Shown here piece by piece: positions 56,924 through 64,000 of a DNA stretch of 64,000 bases (the stretch's first letter is position 1; each line of letters begins with the position of its first letter). The DNA comes from Rubripirellula sp. (GTDB lineage Bacteria > Planctomycetota > Planctomycetia > Pirellulales > Pirellulaceae). The stretch is taken from assembly GCA_965216875.1 (NCBI GenBank), contig OZ244207.1, forward strand, positions 4,160,001 to 4,224,000. Direction: 5' to 3'. The notes under the pieces are model-generated. The model was not told where the DNA came from. It worked only from the letters and a program-made list of their open reading frames with translations, and did not search any database. A program made the translations under genes and the position numbers.

Positions 56924-59794
56924 GTGAAACTCTTTTCAACTTCATGTGAAACTCTCTTTCTCGGCTGGGACGGGCCGCTGTTGCCCCAAAGTGTCGATCT
57001 GTTAAGGGATCGATTTGCCCAAAAAGGGAAATGGAACCTCGCCTCGCTCCTGTGCGTGCTGCCAGCCCAACGTGCGGCCGAGCGACTGGCTGAACTTCTC
57101 GAGTGGTCGGCCGAAGAGCACGACCTGCAGTACACGCCGCCAACGATCATCACGGTCGGACAACTTCCCGAGTTCCTCTACAAGCCACGTCGACCACTGG
57201 CGTTGGAATTCGAACAAACCCTCGCTTGGGTGCAGGTCTTGCGAGCCTGCTCGGCGACCAAACTCAGCCCACTCGTTTCCAATGTGCCACGCTTGGAATT
57301 GATCACGCCATGGATGGAGCTGGCAGGAACGTTGCGTCGCTTACAGGAACAGTTGGCCGCGGCCGGCTTGAGCTTCCGCGATGTGGCCGAGGTCTCCGAA
57401 ACCGATGCCGAAAAGCGCCGCTGGAAACTGCTGAGCAAACTTTACGACGACTACCTTGGCGTGATGCAGTCGGCCGGTTTGGCGGACCCACATTGGTCGC
57501 GCCGCGAAGCGATCGAGTCGGGAAGGTGTCGTTCCGATCAAACCGTGGTCATGATCGGCACGATCGATTTGAGTAGTGCGGTGGTGAACATGCTTCGCGC
57601 ACTGGAAACCGATTTGATTGCGTTGGTCGCGGCCCCACCAAGCCAAGCATTCCAGTTTGATGAATTCGGTTGCCTTGATACCGCCGCTTGGTTGCAGCAT
57701 GAAGTGCCCGTCCAAGATCATCAATTGATTGCTGCCGGTGATATCTCCGATCAATCGTCCGCCGTCGCCGAAACCATTGCCGACTATGGACAACGTTTCT
57801 CGGCAGACCAAATCACGATCGGTGTGACCGACGAGTCTCATGTCGCGCCGGTCGAAGTCGAATTGTCAGGTTGCGGCGTCGATACGTTTCGGCACCTCGG
57901 TTGGACTGTTTCAGAAACGTCGGTTGGACGTTTATTGCAAACCACCGCGTCCTTCTTGCAACGACGCACTTGGTCGTCGCTTGCCGCACTGGTGCGTCAT
58001 GCCGACGTTCACCGCGCGATCGACGCGCACTTGCGATCGCTTCCCGATGATCAAGCGATCGGTGAAACCGTCGATTGGCTCGCCGAAATCGATAGTTTGT
58101 TAGCCAACCACTATCCGATCCGCGTGACGACTCCGTTGGCCAAGGCGGCCTTCCAAGCCCATCCGGTCGCAAAGCAGGTTGCCGATCTGGTTCAAACTTG
58201 GCTGGATCCCTTTATCGGAAACGAAAAAACGATCGCCGGCTGGTGCGAACAACTCGACAAGTGGCTTTCGAAAGTCTTTCAATCGCGCGTCCAACCCGAA
58301 TCGGAACCTGTTGATGTGTTGCAACATGACCGTGTTGCGCTGGCATTGTCGGCCGTGCGTCGCAGGTTCGAACGATTCTCTTCACTGAACGACTCGCTCG
58401 ATTTTCACATGTCCGGCGGCGCCGCGATCGAACTTCTCTCGGGACGTTTGGCGGACGTACGATTGGTCCCCCCCGCGACGCCACAGCAAATTGAAATCCT
58501 CGGTTGGCTCGACCTCGCCCTTGATGATGCGCCGGCGATGGTCGTGCTTGGTTTGAACCATCCCTTCGTGCCGGCTGCGACAACGAGCGACCCCTTCTTG
58601 CCGGGTGCCCTGCGATCAAAACTGCGCGTTGGCGACAACGAACGTCGGTACGCGCGTGATGTTTACGCAATGCAGTTGATGTTGTCGACGCGTTCGGCAA
58701 CTCGATTCATCGTGGGCAAATCGGCTGCCGACCGCTCACCCACACCGCCCAGTCGACTGCTCGCAGCAGCGCCGAAAGCGGACGTGGCTCGTCGAATGCG
58801 CAACCTACTCGACGGGACACGTGACCGCGTGATTGTTCACCATCGTTGGGATGTCGGATCGACAACGAACCTGCCCGTCCCGAATTTGCCTAAGGTCAAC
58901 GGCGACGACCAACCCTACGTGATTGAAAGTCTTAGCGTCACGGCGTTCCGCGATTACCTCGCCTGTCCCTACCGTTTCTTCCTAAGGCATGTCCTGAAAC
59001 TCAAGCCGATCGACGACTCGGCAAGTGAACTTGCCGCCAATCAATTTGGTGACCTGGTTCATGCGTCGCTCGAACGATTCGGCTTGTCCGATGATCGCGA
59101 CGAATCGAACCCCGACAAGATCAAGGACCTGCTGGACGAACATTTGAAGGCCTACGCCGACGAGATGTATGGCGACTCGGCTTCGACGGCTGTGGCAATT
59201 CAAGTGGAACAGGCACAACGGCGACTCGATGTTGTTGCCCACCAACAGGCGCTTCGTTATGCCGACGGTTGGCGTATCCATGCAACCGAAGCTTCGGTTG
59301 GTAAAAAGGAAAACGCAGGAGTCAAGGTTGACGACGTCTTCATGGGGCTCAAGGGACGCTTCGACCGGATCGACAAACACATCGACGGTCGCTGGGCGAT
59401 CCTGGACTACAAGACCCACGGCCACAAGCCCGAGAAGAAACACCTTCGCAAGACTGATGATGGCGACCAGTGGATCGACCTTCAGTTGCCCCTTTATCGC
59501 ATGATGATTCCCTTCTTGGGCATCGATGCTGATCCCGAATCGGTCGAATTGGGCTACTTCAATGTCGCCGAAAAGGCCGAAGATACGCGAATCAACATCG
59601 CCGGGTTCACACCACCGCAAATGCAGCAAGCGGAAACACTCATTCACGATTGCATTCGCGGCATTCGCCGTGGTGATTTCGAGCCGACGAACGACCGCGT
59701 GCAGTTTGACGACTACGGCATGATCCTGCAGACCGGCGTGGCAAGTCGGTTGATGGACCTTGCTGACCTCGTGATCGAGGAGCCGGTGGTATGA
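56924..59794 (+). CDS. AddB/RexB-like PD-(D/E)XK nuclease subunit
   Basis: LSVTAFRDYLACPYRFF, FGDLVH, KGRFDRID..ILDYKT, LQLPLY. Confidence 0.82.
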   Translation: MKLFSTSCETLFLGWDGPLLPQSVDLLRDRFAQKGKWNLASLLCVLPAQRAAERLAELLEWSAEEHDLQYTPPTIITVGQLPEFLYKPRRPLALEFEQTLAWVQVLRACSATKLSPLVSNVPRLELITPWMELAGTLRRLQEQLAAAGLSFRDVAEVSETDAEKRRWKLLSKLYDDYLGVMQSAGLADPHWSRREAIESGRCRSDQTVVMIGTIDLSSAVVNMLRALETDLIALVAAPPSQAFQFDEFGCLDTAAWLQHEVPVQDHQLIAAGDISDQSSAVAETIADYGQRFSADQITIGVTDESHVAPVEVELSGCGVDTFRHLGWTVSETSVGRLLQTTASFLQRRTWSSLAALVRHADVHRAIDAHLRSLPDDQAIGETVDWLAEIDSLLANHYPIRVTTPLAKAAFQAHPVAKQVADLVQTWLDPFIGNEKTIAGWCEQLDKWLSKVFQSRVQPESEPVDVLQHDRVALALSAVRRRFERFSSLNDSLDFHMSGGAAIELLSGRLADVRLVPPATPQQIEILGWLDLALDDAPAMVVLGLNHPFVPAATTSDPFLPGALRSKLRVGDNERRYARDVYAMQLMLSTRSATRFIVGKSAADRSPTPPSRLLAAAPKADVARRMRNLLDGTRDRVIVHHRWDVGSTTNLPVPNLPKVNGDDQPYVIESLSVTAFRDYLACPYRFFLRHVLKLKPIDDSASELAANQFGDLVHASLERFGLSDDRDESNPDKIKDLLDEHLKAYADEMYGDSASTAVAIQVEQAQRRLDVVAHQQALRYADGWRIHATEASVGKKENAGVKVDDVFMGLKGRFDRIDKHIDGRWAILDYKTHGHKPEKKHLRKTDDGDQWIDLQLPLYRMMIPFLGIDADPESVELGYFNVAEKAEDTRINIAGFTPPQMQQAETLIHDCIRGIRRGDFEPTNDRVQFDDYGMILQTGVASRLMDLADLVIEEPVV

Positions 59795-62556
59795 GCAAAG
59801 CAGACGAGCGAACCGCCGCAACCTCGCGCCCCTCACGTCTCCTTTCCTCTGACGCGTCGCGTGTTGAAATGGAAACGAGCGACCTCGACGACGAACTTCA
59901 TTTCGCCGACGCGGCAACCGCGATCGCAGAGAAGCCATCAAAGCGTTCCATGGAAGATCGTGATTTACGACCGACACTCGTTCGCGCCTCGGCCGGGACG
60001 GGAAAGACGTATCGCCTAACCGCACGGTTGTTGAAGATCTTGTTGCAGGGTGCAGCGCCCGAGTCGATCTTGGCGACCACATTCACACGCAAAGCGGCTG
60101 GAGAAATCCTTGATCGCGTCCTGCTTTCGCTTGCCCGTGCCGCCGACGAAAACGACGACGAAGCGCTCGAAGCACTTCGCGCCCAGGTCGAGATTCCGAC
60201 GCTGCCGCGATCGGTGTGCCTGCAACTTCTCGACACGCTACTGCGCAATGTTCACCGTCTGAGAGTCTGCACACTCGACAGTCTATTCGCACAACTTGCT
60301 CGCTCGTTTCCGTTTGAGCTCGGATTGCCACCGGCATGGCGATTGACCGACGAGATCGAAGAGATGTGGATGCGTGAACGGGCCGTCGACGCCGTCATCG
60401 CAATGCTCGACCGAAGCGAAATGGGATCGGTCCTGTCGATGCTCGGTAAAGGCGAAATCAAGCGTTCCATCGCGAGAGAGCTGCTGCAAGTCGTCGATGC
60501 CGCCTATTCAAGTCAACGTGGGTGTGGGGAAGACGTTTGGCATCAACTGGCAGTCCCCAAACAACCCGAGGCCGAAGACCTCGCGACTGCTGCTGGCAAC
60601 ATGCGATTGGTCAAACCGAAGCAAAAACGCTTGCAAACCAAACTGAAGAGCCTGTCCGAGACGATCGACTTGAACCAGTTTGCTGCGTTGGTCGGCGACA
60701 CCGTGATTGGCAACATTGCCAAAGCCAGACGGTCCCGGCAACCTGTTCAATACTACAGTTCGAACTTCCCGCCAGAACTCGATCCGTCATTCGACGTTCT
60801 TTACAAGGCGGTGCAATCCCACGTGCTGTCGCTGCTTCAGCACCAGAACGAAGCCACCGGCGCCGTGCTCAAGGCCTATCAAGAGCACATCGAAGCGATC
60901 AAGACGTCGTCGCGTGCACTTGGCTTTGAAGATGTCTCGGTCAAACTTGCGTCCGAGTTCGCCGTGATTGATCATCGCCACATTCAATCACGCATGGACG
61001 GTGCGATCGACCATGTGTTGCTCGACGAATTCCAAGACACCTCGCCCGCTCAATGGCAAGTTCTGCGGCCGATCGTTGCGCGTGTCGCTGCCGCCGAAGC
61101 CGATGACCAACGCTCCGACAGCGATCAATGGCAAGTCGACCGATCGTTCTTTTGTGTCGGTGATACCAAACAGGCTATTTACGGTTGGCGTGGTGGCGTT
61201 GCCGAGATCTTTGACGCAGTCGCCGATCAAATCGACGGCGTCGACGAAGTCGAACAGAACACGAGTTACCGCAGCAGCCCCGTTGTGATTGGTGCAGTGA
61301 ACGACACCTTTCGCAACCTGCATCGCCACCCTACTGCCGAACACGCTTCATCGGGTGACCCGACCGATAAAGCAATGTACGAGTCGTCGGCGATGGTACG
61401 TTTCGCACGTCGCTTTCCGTTGCACGACGCGAACAAGTCGGAATTGCCAGGGCATGTCCGCCTGATGACCGCACGTCGCATCGATGATGGCGACAACGAA
61501 GCCCGCCGGTTGGCCTGCTATGAAGATGCTGCCGCGATCGCAGCCGAACTGACCAATCAGAATCCATCCAAGTCGGTCGGCGTGCTGATGCGAACCAATC
61601 ATGGTGTCGCTCAAATGATCTTCTTGCTGGAACGACTCGGCGTCGAAGTCAGCCAAGAAGGCGGCAACCCGTTAACCGATTCGGCCTCGGTCGAAATGAT
61701 TCTCTCGGCCCTGATGATGGCCGATCACCCCGGTGATGGACGTTGGGAATTCCACGTCATGGGTTCGCCACTGGCTCAAATCGAAAACATGTCGCCCGAC
61801 TGGGTTCGCACGCTTGCCGAAGACCGCGGGATCGCCGAGACCGTGCAAGTGCTTGCCGATGCACTCGCACCGCACTGCGACGCGCGCGAAACACTGCGAT
61901 TAAAACAGCTGACCCAACTGGCGATCGATTACCAACGCAACCCCTCGCCTCGGCTTCGCGACTTTGTTCGGCTCGTTCGCGAGAAACGTGTCGAACGTCC
62001 TCAGGCGGCGCCGGTTCGCGTGATGACGATTCACCAATCGAAGGGCCTCGAGTTCGATTCGGTCATCTTGGCCGAGATTGATGGGCAATTGACAAGGCAA
62101 AGCGGCCACTGCGTTGCAGATGTCAAGGATCTGGGCAGTCCGCCGCAAGCGATGACGCGATACCTGAACCAAAAGTCGTGGCACTTCCTTCCCGAACGAT
62201 GGCAACGTGCCTTCGGCAAACAAGCCGACGCCTCCACGACCGAGGCGCTGTGTTTGCTCTACGTCGCCATGACGCGAGCACGCCAAGGCCTTTACATGGT
62301 GATGCAACCCGCCAAGAAAGCGAAGTTTGATAACCGCACTGCGGCTTCGTTGATTTACCACGCACTCGCATGCGAAGACGACCCAACACAAGGCGAAATC
62401 ACGCTCTACGAATCGGGTGACCCCAATTGGTGTCTTGATGGATCCGAGGCGTCGGAGGTGACTTCGAAGCCGATTCCAGAGGAAATCAAACGGGTTCAGA
62501 TTCAACTCCAACCGCTGCCGCCGGTCCCGCGTCGGAACCGAACACCACGGAGGTAA
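59791..62556 (+). CDS. AddA/RecB-like UvrD-family helicase
   Basis: ASAGTGKT, TFTRKAA, LDEFQDT, VGDTKQAIYGWRG, MTIHQSKGLEF, LYVAMTRA. Confidence 0.88.
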   Translation: MSKADERTAATSRPSRLLSSDASRVEMETSDLDDELHFADAATAIAEKPSKRSMEDRDLRPTLVRASAGTGKTYRLTARLLKILLQGAAPESILATTFTRKAAGEILDRVLLSLARAADENDDEALEALRAQVEIPTLPRSVCLQLLDTLLRNVHRLRVCTLDSLFAQLARSFPFELGLPPAWRLTDEIEEMWMRERAVDAVIAMLDRSEMGSVLSMLGKGEIKRSIARELLQVVDAAYSSQRGCGEDVWHQLAVPKQPEAEDLATAAGNMRLVKPKQKRLQTKLKSLSETIDLNQFAALVGDTVIGNIAKARRSRQPVQYYSSNFPPELDPSFDVLYKAVQSHVLSLLQHQNEATGAVLKAYQEHIEAIKTSSRALGFEDVSVKLASEFAVIDHRHIQSRMDGAIDHVLLDEFQDTSPAQWQVLRPIVARVAAAEADDQRSDSDQWQVDRSFFCVGDTKQAIYGWRGGVAEIFDAVADQIDGVDEVEQNTSYRSSPVVIGAVNDTFRNLHRHPTAEHASSGDPTDKAMYESSAMVRFARRFPLHDANKSELPGHVRLMTARRIDDGDNEARRLACYEDAAAIAAELTNQNPSKSVGVLMRTNHGVAQMIFLLERLGVEVSQEGGNPLTDSASVEMILSALMMADHPGDGRWEFHVMGSPLAQIENMSPDWVRTLAEDRGIAETVQVLADALAPHCDARETLRLKQLTQLAIDYQRNPSPRLRDFVRLVREKRVERPQAAPVRVMTIHQSKGLEFDSVILAEIDGQLTRQSGHCVADVKDLGSPPQAMTRYLNQKSWHFLPERWQRAFGKQADASTTEALCLLYVAMTRARQGLYMVMQPAKKAKFDNRTAASLIYHALACEDDPTQGEITLYESGDPNWCLDGSEASEVTSKPIPEEIKRVQIQLQPLPPVPRRNRTPRR

Positions 62557-62559
62557 ACG

Positions 62560-63849
62560 TTGTCGGTTCGCAAGATTCTTCATGCCGCAGACATTCATCT
62601 TGATAGTCCGCTGCAAAAACTTGACGCCTACGAGCACGCGCCGGTCGACCAGATCCGCGGTGCGTCCCGGCGCGCCCTCGAAAACATGGTGCAACTCGCG
62701 ATTGACCAATCGGTCGATTTGGTCGTGATCGCAGGTGATTTGTATGACGGTGACTGGCCTGACCAGAACACCGGCCTCTTTTTCGTCGCACAAGCCAGTC
62801 GCCTGACACAAGCCGGCATCCCCCTCGTCGTCATCCGGGGCAACCACGACGCGGCCAACGTCATGACCTCCTCGCTGCCACTGCCGAACAATCCGGATGG
62901 CAGCGAAATCATGCTTCGCAGCGACCAGGTCGACCTGCGCACTTTCGACGACATCGGCATCGCCGTTCACGGTCGTTCCTTTCGAACGCGTGCGGAAACC
63001 GAAAACCTTGCGATGCAGTACCCCAATCCGATCTCGGGAATGTTCAACGTCGGATTGTTGCACACCAGCTTGACCGGCGCCGAAGGTCACGATCCCTACG
63101 CCCCCAGTAGCCCGCGACAACTCGCCGACAAACAATACGACTACTGGGCATTGGGCCACATTCACGCCCGCGGCGATCACGCCGTCGACGGCTCGGCGCC
63201 AGTGGTCTTCAGCGGCAACATTCAAGGCCGACACATCCGCGAAACCGGCGCCAAAGGCTGCGTCTTGGTCAGCGTCGACCCGCGTGGCAATTGCCAGCAC
63301 GAGTTTCATCCACTTGATGTCGTTCGGTGGCACCTGTGCTCCATCGACGTTTCGTCGATGAGCCATCCCGACGAAGTGATCGACTACTACCAAAGTGAAT
63401 TGGCGAACGCGATCAACCAGGCTGGGCATCGATTGTTGGTCGTCCGCGTCGAACTCAAAGGCACGACGTCGCTTCATCCGCAACTGCACCGCGGGCAAGC
63501 CAATCTAAAAGCGGCCCTTCAGGCGACAACCGTCAGCCATGGTGGCCAGCGAGTGTGGCTCGAAGCGATGAAGATTCGCACTTCGCCGACGGGCAACGAG
63601 GTTGCCCCCATCGATCTCGAAGGTCCATTGGAAAGCCTGACGTCGGTCGTCAAGGAACTACAAAACGCAAACGACGCAAATGCACAGATCGAGCATGAAC
63701 TGCGCAGCTTGATCAAAAAGCTGCCCGCCGAATTGAGCAGTGATTCCGACGTCCTTCCCGTCGACGACGACAAATGGATTAAGGAGTTGATCGACTCGGC
63801 GGCCGCTAATGTGATCGACCGTCTCCAACAATCGGAGGTGGCATCTTGA
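62560..63849 (+). CDS. Mre11/SbcD-like metallophosphoesterase (YhaO-like)
   Basis: ADIHLD, AGDLYD, GNHD, YWALGHIH. Confidence 0.9.
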   Translation: MSVRKILHAADIHLDSPLQKLDAYEHAPVDQIRGASRRALENMVQLAIDQSVDLVVIAGDLYDGDWPDQNTGLFFVAQASRLTQAGIPLVVIRGNHDAANVMTSSLPLPNNPDGSEIMLRSDQVDLRTFDDIGIAVHGRSFRTRAETENLAMQYPNPISGMFNVGLLHTSLTGAEGHDPYAPSSPRQLADKQYDYWALGHIHARGDHAVDGSAPVVFSGNIQGRHIRETGAKGCVLVSVDPRGNCQHEFHPLDVVRWHLCSIDVSSMSHPDEVIDYYQSELANAINQAGHRLLVVRVELKGTTSLHPQLHRGQANLKAALQATTVSHGGQRVWLEAMKIRTSPTGNEVAPIDLEGPLESLTSVVKELQNANDANAQIEHELRSLIKKLPAELSSDSDVLPVDDDKWIKELIDSAAANVIDRLQQSEVAS

Positions 63850-64000
63850 TCATTCAGCAATTGGACTTGATCGCCTTTGGTTTGTTCACCGGCAAAACGC
63901 TCGACTTTGAAGTTACCGACGACAAGCGACCGTTCCACCTGATTTATGGCCCCAACGAATCGGGAAAATCAACGAGTTTGCGCGCGATCACCGCACTCCT
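63846..64000 (+). CDS. YhaN/Rad50-like AAA ATPase, 5' fragment
   Basis: TTG overlapping upstream stop; MIIQQLDLIAFGLFT...IYGPNESGKST Walker A; runs off the window. Confidence 0.82.
   Translation, partial: MIIQQLDLIAFGLFTGKTLDFEVTDDKRPFHLIYGPNESGKSTSLRAITAL

Noticed and set aside
61900..63498. 532-aa antisense ORF (and similar at 58982-60082, 51634-52938, 22623-23867)
   Set aside because: Opposite well-supported genes, no motifs; typical high-GC shadow ORFs.

Overview
GC-rich bacterial chromosomal window whose gene content and intergenic repeats fit a Planctomycetota (Pirellulaceae-like) genome; this assignment is inferred from protein families, not from a marker gene. Housekeeping and stress genes are thiL, an aldehyde dehydrogenase, epmB/efp, mgtE, an ECF sigma factor, hsp20, mcsA/mcsB, trpE, a TIGR03546/TIGR03545 pair and an AddB-AddA-YhaO-YhaN-like repair operon. 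Three accessory loci stand out. (1) An ~11.8 kb single-ORF FAAL-ACP-KS-AT-MT-ACP-C-A-PCP megasynthase ends in two fused OleA/FabH-like domains instead of a thioesterase. It is flanked by an MbtH-luciferase-like monooxygenase fusion and a 3beta-HSD/OleD-like SDR. (2) A four-gene Fap-like export locus encodes a small secreted Gly/Ser/Ala/aromatic-rich protein with a double-glycine-like pro-segment, two outer-membrane beta-barrels and a signal-peptide-bearing stand-alone C39 peptidase. (3) A non-coding ~430-bp tandem triplication built from hairpin elements is followed by a run of small orphan genes. Also present are a stand-alone CaMKII hub-like protein, a Pro/Arg-repeat secreted protein missing from the ORF track, and several REP-like palindrome families. 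No rRNA, tRNA, CRISPR array or transposase was recognised. All calls come from reading motifs by eye; no searches were run.
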